A stretch of 64,000 bases of DNA, from contig OZ245054.1 of assembly GCA_965224715.1 (NCBI GenBank), positions 1,917,078 to 1,981,077 on the forward strand, read 5' to 3'. Shown here piece after piece: positions 27,874-38,187 of this stretch (the stretch's first letter is position 1; the number at the start of each line of letters is the position of its first letter). Made by a program: the position numbers and the translations under genes. The notes beneath the pieces are model-generated. The model was not told the DNA's origin. It ran no database searches and was given only the letters and a program-made list of their open reading frames with translations. This stretch comes from Spirochaetota bacterium. GTDB lineage: Bacteria > Spirochaetota > UBA12135 > COTS27 > CAXSBA01.

Positions 27874-28785
27874 ATGGACTCACAAATTTATTTTATATTA
27901 GCAGCAGTTCAAGGGGTGACCGAGTTCCTTCCGGTCTCAAGTTCTGGACATTTGGTTATGTTGGAACAACTATTTATGGTCAATACTCCGGACATTTTTT
28001 TTTTCAACATCGTTATACATCTATCCACCCTCTTGGCTACTATAACCTTTTACCGCCATGATATCTGGGTCCTTACTCATGATGGATTTAAGGAAATTGT
28101 GAGAAAAACCGTTGAACTAAAACATCATAAAAAACTAACCATCTTTGAAGACACTAATCCATCTGTTAGAAGGAACTATCCTGTCCTAATATTTGGAGGG
28201 AGAATCTTCCTTACCACCTTGGTGACCGGAGGGATCGGGGTTCTAGCTAAACCTTGGGTAGCTGATTTTCATCATCTTGGTTTTTTAGCTCTATTTTTTT
28301 TTCTTACTGGGATTATTCTTACCCTTAATTCACTTAAAAATATAAACCATCTACAAAATTCTCAAAAGATGAACATTACTGATAATAGGACATTCACTCT
28401 TAAACTTTCAATAACAACGGCCTTAGTTATTGGTTTAGCTCAAGGGTTAGCAGTGTTTCCCGGAATTTCCCGATCTGGGATTACTATCATTACAGGTATT
28501 CTCTGGGGACTAGAGGGTCAAGAATCAATGAAATATTCTATCCTCATTTCTATCCCCGTAATTATCGCTGCCTTCTTTCTGGAATTCAGCGAAATTATAA
28601 TATTAGAAAACAATAGGATTTCATTTTGGGTTTATCTTGTCGCATTTCTTATCAGTTATGGGATAGGATATATATCTCTTCATCTTTTATATCGGATTGT
28701 CCGAAGACAACGAATACAACTTTTCGCTTTTTATCTTATCCCACTATCACTAATTCTAGGCATATATTATCTTATCTCAATTTAA
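27874..28785 (+). CDS. uppP: Undecaprenyl-diphosphate phosphatase
   Basis: 303 aa polytopic protein. It has GVTEFLPVSSSGHL and PGISRSGITI motifs, with an internal insertion relative to typical 270-aa members. Confidence 0.9.
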   Translation: MDSQIYFILAAVQGVTEFLPVSSSGHLVMLEQLFMVNTPDIFFFNIVIHLSTLLATITFYRHDIWVLTHDGFKEIVRKTVELKHHKKLTIFEDTNPSVRRNYPVLIFGGRIFLTTLVTGGIGVLAKPWVADFHHLGFLALFFFLTGIILTLNSLKNINHLQNSQKMNITDNRTFTLKLSITTALVIGLAQGLAVFPGISRSGITIITGILWGLEGQESMKYSILISIPVIIAAFFLEFSEIIILENNRISFWVYLVAFLISYGIGYISLHLLYRIVRRQRIQLFAFYLIPLSLILGIYYLISI

Positions 28786-28881
28786 CAGAAATTAGACTAA
28801 AAAAAAGTTAGAAAACAGATCTATAGATAAACTATAATACAAAAATTATCTCCATAATGAAACTAAACGATCAAGCTCTAA

Positions 28882-29484
28882 TCAACTCTTAACTTCCAAG
28901 TTGACTTTGATAGTCACTTCATCGGAAACTACTGCCGCAGGGGTAGATTCCCCTACTTTAAAACTTTTTCGGCTTATTTTTCCGGTCAAGCTGATGCCAT
29001 AGACCTCTTTACCCCGAAACTGTGTAGGATTACTGATAGCAACATCCAAAATGATCTTTTTCTTTATATCTTTTATAGTCAGTTCTCCTGTCAATTTACC
29101 TTGATTGGGACCACCAACCTTATACCCTTCAGATCGAAAAATGATTTTGGGATATTTATCAACATCGAAAAAATCATCTGTACGAAGATGTCCATCTCTT
29201 CTATTATTTCGAGTATCGACAGATTTAACTGAAACATCTAAATCAAATTTCCTAATTTCTCCCTTGACTATTCTCAAAGTAGCATCATAATCTGTAAAAA
29301 CCCCATCAACATCACTTACCAAGAGATGCTTTACTGTAAAGCCAACACTGGAATGAGTGCTATCAACATCATATTTTTTGGAATAAGCCGTAAGTAAAAG
29401 TCCACTGACTAGTAAAGAAAACACTGACAAAATTGTCATAAAATTTTTAATTGCAGTTTTTCTTTTCAATAATTGTTTTTTCAT
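28882..29484 (-). CDS. YceI-family periplasmic protein
   Basis: 200 aa with a signal peptide. HSSVGFTVKHLLVSDVDGVF and LTIKDIKKKI are typical YceI lipocalin-like motifs. Confidence 0.85.
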   Translation of the reverse strand: MKKQLLKRKTAIKNFMTILSVFSLLVSGLLLTAYSKKYDVDSTHSSVGFTVKHLLVSDVDGVFTDYDATLRIVKGEIRKFDLDVSVKSVDTRNNRRDGHLRTDDFFDVDKYPKIIFRSEGYKVGGPNQGKLTGELTIKDIKKKIILDVAISNPTQFRGKEVYGISLTGKISRKSFKVGESTPAAVVSDEVTIKVNLEVKS

Positions 29485-29519
29485 TTTTTTACCCTTTTTA
29501 AAATTTTCTAACTAAATTA

Positions 29520-29592
29520 TGGAGGCGATGAGAATTGAACTCACGACCCCTAGCGTGCAAAGCTAGTGCTCTCCCAACTGAGCTACGCCCCC
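29520..29592 (-). tRNA. tRNA-Ala (anticodon TGC)
   Basis: The reverse complement reads GGGGGCGTAGCTCAGTTGGGAGAGCACTAGCTTTGCACGCTAGGGGTCGTGAGTTCAATTCTCATCGCCTCCA. It folds as a cloverleaf with the G3:U70 identity pair and anticodon loop TTTGCAC. CCA is not encoded. Confidence 0.95.
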
Positions 29593-29637
29593 TACTATTA
29601 TTATATCATATTAGTCATATTCTACAGATTAAATTAA

Positions 29638-30363
29638 TTAAACTTGCTTAGTTTGACGGTTCTTCAAAATATAATTGACTCCTGAATAAACTGTAAAAAC
29701 AGTCACTCCAAATAGGAGAATATTAGGAAAATATCTGAAAAAATTGATCCATATTGTAGAGACGCCTATAATATTCTCAAAGTAATTGAGATAAACCATG
29801 AGGTGGACATTGAGTAGTACTTTAGCAGAATATCCTTGATCTAAAAGATATTTTTGAAACTCAGTGGATTCAAAAATTATAGCAAAAATAAGTAAATATA
29901 GCCACATAACCAATTGGAAGATGACTTGCAATACCATCTTATTTTTACCATGTCTCTCTGTAACTAGAACTAATTTATTTAAGGTTGCATAAATTCTCAT
30001 CCCCGTGATATATATCTCCCTGATCATTATAGCTGCTACCCATACCCACCAAACTTCTATGAGATCAATATAAAGATATACTACAAAAAAACTAAGAGTA
30101 AAAAATTTATCAACTAAAGAGTCCATAAAAGCCCCCACCTTACTTTTTTCAAGATAGCGGCGGGCCCAATAACCATCAATATAGTCACTCAATCCTCCCA
30201 AAGTATACAAGAATATGACAATAACTATACGCACCACTTCATTATTAAAAAGTTTCTCATTGAACCAAACCCAGAAAAGCAAAAAAATTAAGCCAAAACG
30301 AAACAGGGTTATGATATTAGGAGTAGTAAATATTTTTTTTCTTAAATACTGAAACTTCATCAT
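29638..30363 (-). CDS. CDP-alcohol phosphatidyltransferase family protein (PgsA-like)
   Basis: 241 aa. It has the motif DGYWARRYLEKSKVGAFMDSLVDK (D-G-x2-A-R-x8-G-x3-D-x3-D) and multiple TMs. Confidence 0.8.
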   Translation of the reverse strand: MMKFQYLRKKIFTTPNIITLFRFGLIFLLFWVWFNEKLFNNEVVRIVIVIFLYTLGGLSDYIDGYWARRYLEKSKVGAFMDSLVDKFFTLSFFVVYLYIDLIEVWWVWVAAIMIREIYITGMRIYATLNKLVLVTERHGKNKMVLQVIFQLVMWLYLLIFAIIFESTEFQKYLLDQGYSAKVLLNVHLMVYLNYFENIIGVSTIWINFFRYFPNILLFGVTVFTVYSGVNYILKNRQTKQV

Positions 30364-31712
30364 TCAATATAATCCTTGATAATTAGATCATACTTATTCT
30401 CGTTACGAAAACTAGGTAACCATTTAATAATTTTGGCAATACTGAAATGATTTTGATTCTCCACTTCTAGTTTAATCGGCATATAATTTACTATAAAATT
30501 AATAGAACGAAAATTTCCAATCTGTAGCTCTAAGTGATCATGGGCTAAGAGTTCAACTGTATTTCCAGGCAAAAGATTGACAATATTTTGACGTTGCCCA
30601 TCAATATTGTAAGTTAAATGCACTGGCAAAGTAGTAGCTTTGATATAGGTTTGAATTGCGATTTTATTTTGATCTCTAAGTAGAACTATTTCCCCCTTAG
30701 GAATTATCACTTTTTCTTGATAATTCCATATAGACTCATAATTCACATTCTTTACACCTTCATTAAGTAAGGAAAAAAAGATGATAGCTATCTCACCAGA
30801 GATTTTTTGAAATTTGATGAGGAGATCATCTTGACCATCCAAGTCAATATCCATCCTGACCTCCTCAAAAAGATAGATTCGAACCAGTCGTTCATTATTA
30901 AAATCAAAATTAACAACTATCTTATTATCAAATGTATTATCAATACCGCTCATATGGAAACTGTAAATTCTATTGTTAAAAAAAATTTTGACCATATCAT
31001 TATCAACTAAATCAAAAGTACTGAATCGACTATATAAACTATAGATTCTTTGTGAACCTTTTGTCTTTTCTTCATCATTTTCAGAAACCCCTCCCCCCCT
31101 TCCAACAATATTAAACTGATCCTTAATACCGTTAAAAGAAAATACAATAACTCCTAACAAAATAAAAGAAACTAGCAAAATAATCCACCAAATACTAGAA
31201 ATAATTTTTTCTTGAAGTTGCTTTTCTTGTAACTCAAGACCTCCTATATCACCGGGAAGCCTTTTAATGATACGAGAAGAAACAGACTTTAGCAACTTAT
31301 TTTTACTTTCTACTTCTTTTTCTTCTCGCTTATCTGGTAATGAAGACTGATCTCCATAATGACTTCCTTGCAGTAATTGCTCTTTATTACTTTGATCATT
31401 ATAAATATCATAAGAGAATGGAGGACGAGACGAAATAGGATTATGATAAAGTAATAAGAATTCTTCTAACAAAGATTGTCTAACTTGTGTTTCTATTCCG
31501 TAAACCTCTAATAAATTTTGTAGAAGTCCACGAGAATAGGTGTAAGCTGGCAATTGGGCAATGTCTTCATTTTCTAAAGCATTGATAAAAGATTTAGATA
31601 TCTTGGTTTTATTTAATACTTGTTCGGGACTTAAATTTTTTTCTAAACGAATCTTTTTTATTTTATCTCCAAATCCAATGATTTTATTTGAAAATTCTCT
31701 TTCTTTATTCAC
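30360..31712 (-). CDS. rodZ: RodZ-like HTH (XRE-type) membrane protein
   Basis: 450 aa. It has an N-terminal HTH (FGDKIKKIRLEKNLSPEQVLNKTKISKSFINALENED), a single TM (IWWIILLVSFILLGVIVF) and a C-terminal beta-rich domain. Confidence 0.65.
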   Translation of the reverse strand: MNKEREFSNKIIGFGDKIKKIRLEKNLSPEQVLNKTKISKSFINALENEDIAQLPAYTYSRGLLQNLLEVYGIETQVRQSLLEEFLLLYHNPISSRPPFSYDIYNDQSNKEQLLQGSHYGDQSSLPDKREEKEVESKNKLLKSVSSRIIKRLPGDIGGLELQEKQLQEKIISSIWWIILLVSFILLGVIVFSFNGIKDQFNIVGRGGGVSENDEEKTKGSQRIYSLYSRFSTFDLVDNDMVKIFFNNRIYSFHMSGIDNTFDNKIVVNFDFNNERLVRIYLFEEVRMDIDLDGQDDLLIKFQKISGEIAIIFFSLLNEGVKNVNYESIWNYQEKVIIPKGEIVLLRDQNKIAIQTYIKATTLPVHLTYNIDGQRQNIVNLLPGNTVELLAHDHLELQIGNFRSINFIVNYMPIKLEVENQNHFSIAKIIKWLPSFRNENKYDLIIKDYIE

Positions 31713-32562
31713 TTATCTCTAGACCTTCCTCTAGATTTACTGCTCCTAAAGCAGGAAGATAATTTTTTATAACTCTAACATTTACGGGAATGACAAAGTT
31801 GAAAGTATCTGCAGGAAAGATTTGATTGGTCTGGATTTTAGAATAATAAATATCACTGAACCCTCCCTCCCTATTTAACAATCGGCTTCGAATTACTTGG
31901 GTAGGGTTGTATTCACCGGTTTCTGACTTTTCAGCTAATAACCAGATTTCTAAATCATCTAAGCCTTCGGTCACACTTTTAGGGGTGAGTCGAAGATGAT
32001 AAGCTAAGTAATTAGGTGATTTAGTAAGATTAAACAGTCGATATTCACCATTTATGAAAATCGGAGCTGGCTCCTTATTAATAAAGTTTAAGTTATAATT
32101 TTTGATCAAATAATCTAATGAACCTGGAACTAGAGAAACTGAATCAGTTTTATTGACATTGAAATTTTCTTGTTCATAAACAATAGAGGAATCTACAAAA
32201 TAGACAATCAATTTATCTTCTCCCAAAAAAACCTCTGTAATAACTCTGTTCCCACGATGATAAGTAACTCTCAATTTTTCAGGTTTGGCATAATAGATAT
32301 CTCCAATTAATAAATTATTTCCGGTATTTTCTCGAAATTTAACTTGATAGTTGGTGTATCCTTCACGATAACTTTTCACCTTATCAATGAAACTACTTAT
32401 TTCCTGGAGAGTGACTTTGGTGAATGACTGTGCTGATAACACCACTGGAGATAATACAAAAATAATTAGTAATCCCAACCATCTTTGAATCAAGGATTTA
32501 TGGATTAAATAAAAACATCTACTAGTAATTTGAAACCAAAACTTCCCGGGGTCGTACTCCAT
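31705..32562 (-). CDS. LolA-like outer-membrane lipoprotein carrier/sorting protein
   Basis: 285 aa with a signal sequence. It has beta-rich LolA-like patterns and lies immediately downstream of ftsK, as in the ftsK-lolA synteny. The 5' end overlaps ftsK by 41 nt, so the true start is uncertain. Confidence 0.5.
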   Translation of the reverse strand: MEYDPGKFWFQITSRCFYLIHKSLIQRWLGLLIIFVLSPVVLSAQSFTKVTLQEISSFIDKVKSYREGYTNYQVKFRENTGNNLLIGDIYYAKPEKLRVTYHRGNRVITEVFLGEDKLIVYFVDSSIVYEQENFNVNKTDSVSLVPGSLDYLIKNYNLNFINKEPAPIFINGEYRLFNLTKSPNYLAYHLRLTPKSVTEGLDDLEIWLLAEKSETGEYNPTQVIRSRLLNREGGFSDIYYSKIQTNQIFPADTFNFVIPVNVRVIKNYLPALGAVNLEEGLEISE

Positions 32563-35272
32563 CTGATGCTCCTACAATACCTTTTTCTTCCATAAGCTCT
32601 ACAATTCTTGCTGCTTTATTATAACCTATTCTGAGTCGTCTCTGGATCAAAGAAGTAGAAATTTTACCTTCTTTTTTGGCTAATTCTACAGCTAATTTAA
32701 AAGTATCATCATCCCATTCCGAATTACTACTAGAAGATTCAGATAAATTTTCTTTTAAACTGAGCACATATTGAGTATCTCCCTTATCTTTTAGGTCATC
32801 GACAATTTCACGAACCTCCGCATCACTCAAAAATGTCCCTTGAATCCTACTAGGACTACCTGTGGCTACATTTTGATAAAGCATATCGCCTTTTCCTAAT
32901 AGCTTTTCCGCTCCCATAGTATCAATAATAGTTCTGGAGTCAATCTTTGAAGAAACTTGAAATGCAATTCGAGATGGAAAATTAGCTTTAATTACTCCAG
33001 TGATCACATCCACACTAGGCCTTTGAGTTGCCAAAAGGAGATGAATACCAATGGCCCGACTCATGGCAGCAAGTCTGGAAACAGAGTCCTCAATTTCCTT
33101 TCGTGCCACCATCATAAGGTCAGCAAATTCATCAATGATGATAACAATATAAGGAAGGCTACCGTATTCAATATCTCTTTCTTCTACCATTTTATTGTAG
33201 GAGCCAATATTGCGCACCCCATACCTTTCCAAGAGACGGTAGCGAGCTTCCATTTCCGAGATTGCCCACTTTAGAGTGAGTGCTGCTTTCTGTGAATCGG
33301 TGATTACAGGAGCCAGAAGGTGGGGGATCCCATTATAAATATTGAGTTCCACCATTTTAGGGTCAATCATGATAAAACGAACTTGCTCTGGAGTTCTTCG
33401 GAGTAGAAGTGAACAAATGATCGAATTTACGCAGACGGATTTTCCACTACCAGTAGCTCCAGCTACCAGAAGATGGGGAGTTATAGCTAGGTCGGTAATG
33501 ATCGGCTCTCCCGAGACCAAAGCTCCCAAGGCAATAGGTAGTTTGGCATTAGATTCACGAAACATTTGTTTGTCGACGATATCACGTAAAGTCACCATCT
33601 CTCTACTTTTGTTTGGAATTTCAATGCCGATCACCGACTTACCAGGAATGGGAGCTACAATCCTTACTGATTCTGCAGCTAATGATAAGGCCAAATTATC
33701 TGCTAAATTCACGATCTTGTTGATATGTACCCCGGGTTCTAATGAAAGTTCATATTGAGTGATCACGGGACCTTGAGAAACATCGACCACTTGGGTATTG
33801 ATACCGAATTCTTTGATTGTCTTTTCCAATTTTTCACAAGTTTTTTTGATTTCTATATCTAACGTCTTTGAACGTGAAGGATTGGCCGAAAATACCAATC
33901 GATTAACTTCCGCCAAACATTCTTTTCCACGGGAATGAATTTTCCCATTGATTACTGAAGGGACGATTTCTGTTTGATCATCGAACAGAACGCCCTCTTC
34001 TTTATTTTCAGAATGACTAGGCTGAATACCTTCTTTCGATAGTTTCTCATCTACCTCTTCCACATTATTCAGGTTTTCTCTTGATGTATTTGATTCTGAT
34101 TGAAACTGTTCTTCTGAAAACGTTTCATCAAATTTGCTCAACCCTTTATTGTTCTCCCCATTAATTTGGTTGAAGAAATTCGCTATACTTAGATCAATGA
34201 TGTCTGTCTCAGAATTTTCTTTTTGCTCTGAAGTCATATGAGATTCAGAACTTCTCTCAAACGATGTCAAATGTGATAAAGGAATAATATCTCCACCAAT
34301 ATCTTTTTCAGTTTGTTGTTTTCTATCATCCTTTTTGCCTTCATCACTTTGATAAGCACCAGTAGATTCAGAAAATGGTGATGGATATAAAGAATCAATA
34401 TTGGTTGAGCTATTGTCACTAACCGAATTATGATTGGTGCGATTTAATCGATCTAAATTTACGATAGTCAACCTTCCAGTAGATAAAGAGGGAATATTTA
34501 TTCCCAAATACTTCTTGATTTGGTCATCATCAACTTTATCGATGAAGCAGAATAAATCATTCCAAAAAGTTTTACATCTTTCTTTTATAGTTTGCATTGT
34601 AATACTTCTCTTATTTTTATTCCCTAGTGACAAGATTCGATCTTTTAATGTTTTAAAACTAAAATTATATTTCGCTATTTTTCTCACTTTAACAAAATCA
34701 ATAAATCTATTAAATATTGCTTTATAGGGCACTTGAAAATAACTTTTAATTAACAATAAAGTTATAGTTACCCATAAAGCAATTTCAAAGCTTAGGGCTA
34801 GTGGATGAAATGTGCCTCTCCCCTCAGCAAAGGCACGGCTAACTAAAGCATGGGTAAATTTAGGAAGAAGTCCAGCCCAAGAAGTATTAATAAAATTAGT
34901 ATTCAACAAAAGAACATTGAACCAAAAAAATGATAACTGAAACCAAAAGAGATGCCGAATGATTTCGCTTATATTCTTATTTTTTTTAAATAAGTAATAG
35001 GAAAGATAAAACCACCCTATCGGAAGTCCAAAAGCAGTAATTCCCAGTAAATGGGGGATAAGAAAAAGCGATATTCGATAGCCTACTTCTCCTAAAATAT
35101 GATTCTGATTGCCCACATAACTAATCAATATTAAAAAAAGTAGTTGGGAGAAGATAATATTTATAATCCAAAATAATTTATAAAAATTATTACCTGGTTT
35201 ATTATGATTAGGTGTTTTTGTTGTTTGATCAGGATCCTGATCACTAAAAAAAATATGAGAATTCATTTTCAT
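32522..35272 (-). CDS. ftsK: DNA translocase FtsK
   Basis: 916 aa. It has N-terminal TMs, a low-complexity linker, a motor domain with Walker A GATGSGKS and IVIIIDEFADL, and a C-terminal gamma winged helix (LIQRRLRIGYNKAARIVELME). Confidence 0.95.
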   Translation of the reverse strand: MKMNSHIFFSDQDPDQTTKTPNHNKPGNNFYKLFWIINIIFSQLLFLILISYVGNQNHILGEVGYRISLFLIPHLLGITAFGLPIGWFYLSYYLFKKNKNISEIIRHLFWFQLSFFWFNVLLLNTNFINTSWAGLLPKFTHALVSRAFAEGRGTFHPLALSFEIALWVTITLLLIKSYFQVPYKAIFNRFIDFVKVRKIAKYNFSFKTLKDRILSLGNKNKRSITMQTIKERCKTFWNDLFCFIDKVDDDQIKKYLGINIPSLSTGRLTIVNLDRLNRTNHNSVSDNSSTNIDSLYPSPFSESTGAYQSDEGKKDDRKQQTEKDIGGDIIPLSHLTSFERSSESHMTSEQKENSETDIIDLSIANFFNQINGENNKGLSKFDETFSEEQFQSESNTSRENLNNVEEVDEKLSKEGIQPSHSENKEEGVLFDDQTEIVPSVINGKIHSRGKECLAEVNRLVFSANPSRSKTLDIEIKKTCEKLEKTIKEFGINTQVVDVSQGPVITQYELSLEPGVHINKIVNLADNLALSLAAESVRIVAPIPGKSVIGIEIPNKSREMVTLRDIVDKQMFRESNAKLPIALGALVSGEPIITDLAITPHLLVAGATGSGKSVCVNSIICSLLLRRTPEQVRFIMIDPKMVELNIYNGIPHLLAPVITDSQKAALTLKWAISEMEARYRLLERYGVRNIGSYNKMVEERDIEYGSLPYIVIIIDEFADLMMVARKEIEDSVSRLAAMSRAIGIHLLLATQRPSVDVITGVIKANFPSRIAFQVSSKIDSRTIIDTMGAEKLLGKGDMLYQNVATGSPSRIQGTFLSDAEVREIVDDLKDKGDTQYVLSLKENLSESSSSNSEWDDDTFKLAVELAKKEGKISTSLIQRRLRIGYNKAARIVELMEEKGIVGASDGVRPREVLVSNY

Positions 35273-35333
35273 GTTAAGATAACTAAAGTTATAAATATAT
35301 TACCGAAAAATAAATCTTTATTCTTGAATTTGT

Positions 35334-35564
35334 ATGAGTAATTTTTTAAAAATATTTATGATTAAAGTTAATAAACTGAGTTATTTAGAAATATTTGATT
35401 CTATCGAAACTATTCTTCACTGGCTTCCTATTACACTAGGATTTTTACTTGTATTTGCCGTAACAATCACTCTCTTATGGTCTATAATTCCAATAATCCT
35501 TATCTTAATCTATTGGAGACTTAATAAGATTGATAAAAAAATTAAGAAAATAAACAAAATTTAG
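35334..35564 (+). CDS. Small hypothetical membrane protein
   Basis: 76 aa ORF with one or two hydrophobic helices and a K-rich tail. I have no homology information. Confidence 0.3.
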   Translation: MSNFLKIFMIKVNKLSYLEIFDSIETILHWLPITLGFLLVFAVTITLLWSIIPIILILIYWRLNKIDKKIKKINKI

Positions 35565-35658
35565 TGATCACATCTGACCACTTTAGAAAGGCAATCCTTT
35601 TAACTCTCTTTTAGGCTCAAGGGAATTTACGTTCTCTTCAAAAAAGTACATCAAACTA

Positions 35659-36969
35659 TCAGTTAAGATAGCTTAACTTCTTCTTCCCAATGTCCTTCCG
35701 GAAATAACATCCCTCAAAGCTAATCTTTTCCACTTGTTGATAAACTTCAGTAACCACCTGCTCAAGGGTTGTTTTTGAGGATATCCCGTACCCACATACT
35801 GAAAGAACTCGCCCACCAGCTGTGTAAAATTTACCATCATAATAGCTGGTGCCAGCATGAAAAACCTTAATATTTACCCCATTCTTTTTTTCAACAATAT
35901 CCTCCAATCCGGTGATCTTTTTAGAAATTTCATATTTTCCAGGATAACCCCCACTAGCTAAAACAACACAAACCGCACTCCTTTCTTTCACCTGAAAATC
36001 AACTTCATCAAGTCTCCCATCGATACAGGCCAGCATAACCTTTTCTAAATCACTTTCCAATAATGGAAGCACACACTGACATTCTGGATCTCCAAAACGA
36101 ACATTGAATTCCACCACTCGAATTTTCTCCCCATCAATCATAAGTCCGGCATAAAGGATGCCCCGATAAGGAATCCCTCGACTTGACATTTCATTGATGA
36201 TCGGATAAAATATCTCATCTTCAACCCTTTTCATGAAACCGGGACGGAACATCGGGACCGGAGTATAAGCCCCCATCCCTCCAGTATTGGGGCCACAGTC
36301 TCCATCAAATATTCGTTTATGATCCTGAGCCGCTGGCAAACATCTCACTGTTTTTCCATCGGTGAAAGCCAGGACACTAACTTCACTTCCATCCATGAAT
36401 TCTTCAATGATAACCCTCTCTCCCGCTTGCCCAAAGACTCTATCTTTAAAATAAGCATCAAGAGAGGATAAGGCATCCTCCTTAGTTATAGGAACGATCA
36501 CTCCTTTCCCAGCACATAGGCCGTCAGCCTTCAATACCCAACGTTTATTATCTCTAAATTTCTTGTCAATAAACAGAGAAGCTTTTTTATGATCATCAAA
36601 TTCCTCATAGACTGCAGTATCCACACTAGCTGATACCATTACCTCCTTAGCAAAACTTTTCGAGCTTTCTAACTGGGAAGCCTTCATGCTGGGACCAAAA
36701 ACCGGAATCCCCTCCTCTTGAAGGAAATCACTTAAACCATCGGAAAGATAATTCTCTGGACCCACAACAACTAAACCGATATTTTTTTCTCGTATAACTG
36801 AAATTAAATCTTTATAAGGTAAGCTAAGGGGAATTTTAAAGTTTTTTCCTCGAAAATCGCCTCCCCCATTACCAGGAGCAGTGAATATTTGATTGGGTTT
36901 TTGAGCTTTTTGAGATAATGAATAAACAATGGCTTCTTCTCGGCCACCATTACCGATAATAAGTATCAT
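35659..36969 (-). CDS. purD: Phosphoribosylamine--glycine ligase
   Basis: 436 aa. It has MILIIGNGGREEAI, an ATP-grasp core (VLKADGLCAGKGV) and EFNVRFGDPE. Confidence 0.95.
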   Translation of the reverse strand: MILIIGNGGREEAIVYSLSQKAQKPNQIFTAPGNGGGDFRGKNFKIPLSLPYKDLISVIREKNIGLVVVGPENYLSDGLSDFLQEEGIPVFGPSMKASQLESSKSFAKEVMVSASVDTAVYEEFDDHKKASLFIDKKFRDNKRWVLKADGLCAGKGVIVPITKEDALSSLDAYFKDRVFGQAGERVIIEEFMDGSEVSVLAFTDGKTVRCLPAAQDHKRIFDGDCGPNTGGMGAYTPVPMFRPGFMKRVEDEIFYPIINEMSSRGIPYRGILYAGLMIDGEKIRVVEFNVRFGDPECQCVLPLLESDLEKVMLACIDGRLDEVDFQVKERSAVCVVLASGGYPGKYEISKKITGLEDIVEKKNGVNIKVFHAGTSYYDGKFYTAGGRVLSVCGYGISSKTTLEQVVTEVYQQVEKISFEGCYFRKDIGKKKLSYLN

Positions 36970-37151
36970 ATAAACAGTTTAATATGAAAAAGAACATAAG
37001 ATTGAGCAATAAAAAATATTGTGTATTATTATATTAACTTATTCTCAAGAAATAACTGAAAGTATTTTACCTAAATCCAATATCCTATCATATAAAATAT
37101 TCATGTTAAAATATTTGCTGTATTATAGCGTTAAATCATTTGGAGGTGATC

Positions 37152-38141
37152 ATGAAAGAAGTTACTATAAGTATTACCGGAGCAGCAGGACAAATCGGCT
37201 ATGCTCTACTATTCCGATTGGCATCAGGTGAGATATTCGGGAATAATACCCGAATCAATTTACAACTTTTGGAACTACCCCAGGCTTTGGGAGCACTAGA
37301 AGGAGTGAAAATGGAACTTGATGATTGTGCTTTCCCTCAATTGGGCAGAGTGATCTGTACCAACGACCTAAACATTGCCTTTAAAGATAGCGATTGGGCT
37401 CTCCTAGTGGGATCAGTCCCCCGGAAACAAGGAATGGAAAGGAACGATCTCCTTAAGATCAATGGAAGCATTTTCACCGAACAAGGGAAAGCTTTGGATA
37501 AAAATGCCAAACCCACCTGCAAAGTTCTAGTGGTAGGGAATCCCTGTAATACCAATGCTCTTATTGCAATGAGCCATTGTCGGAATATTCCCAAGAAAAA
37601 CTTTTTCGCGATGACTCGGTTGGATCAATCCCGGGCCATCTCACAACTAGCAAATAAAGCTGGATTACATAGTACTAGTGTTAAAAAAGTAGCTATTTGG
37701 GGGAATCACTCTTCTACACAGTATCCGGATTTCTATAATACTGAAATTGAAGGCAAGCCTTGTTTGAATGTGATTGGTAATGAAAAATGGGCTCAAGATG
37801 TATTTATTCCCACCGTTCAACAACGGGGAGCTGCTATCATTAAAGCCCGTGGAGCTTCTTCAGCAGCATCGGCTGCTTCGGCTGCCTTGGGAACTGTAAA
37901 GTGCCTTATCAACCCCACCCCAGTCGACGATTATTTTTCAGTAGCAGTCGCATCCTCAGCGGCCAACCATGCCTATGGGATCACTGAAGAGGTCATGTTC
38001 TCTTATCCCATAAAGAGCAATGGGGAAGATTGGAAAGTTGTAACCGGCATCGATCACAATGACTTCGGAAAGGAAAAAATTCAAGCTACCTATCAGGAAC
38101 TTATAGAAGAGAAAAAAGCAGTGGCAGAATTAATGGGATAA
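37152..38141 (+). CDS. mdh: Malate dehydrogenase (type 2, LDH-like fold)
   Basis: [27 protein letters not shown] is the NAD-binding N-terminus. Other motifs are [15 protein letters not shown] and [14 protein letters not shown] set the start at the ATG at 37152 behind GGAGGTG rather than the track's TTG at 37140. Confidence 0.95.
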   Translation: MKEVTISITGAAGQIGYALLFRLASGEIFGNNTRINLQLLELPQALGALEGVKMELDDCAFPQLGRVICTNDLNIAFKDSDWALLVGSVPRKQGMERNDLLKINGSIFTEQGKALDKNAKPTCKVLVVGNPCNTNALIAMSHCRNIPKKNFFAMTRLDQSRAISQLANKAGLHSTSVKKVAIWGNHSSTQYPDFYNTEIEGKPCLNVIGNEKWAQDVFIPTVQQRGAAIIKARGASSAASAASAALGTVKCLINPTPVDDYFSVAVASSAANHAYGITEEVMFSYPIKSNGEDWKVVTGIDHNDFGKEKIQATYQELIEEKKAVAELMG

Positions 38142-38187
38142 TTTCATATCTCCATCAACGGTGTTTCCTAACTTTTGAAGGTTCTAA

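Noticed and set aside
33342-33758. 138-aa plus-strand ORF (and 32957-33274, 34434-34727)
   Set aside because: They are antisense to the ftsK motor domain. Their proline/serine/arginine-rich content is typical of reverse-frame translation.
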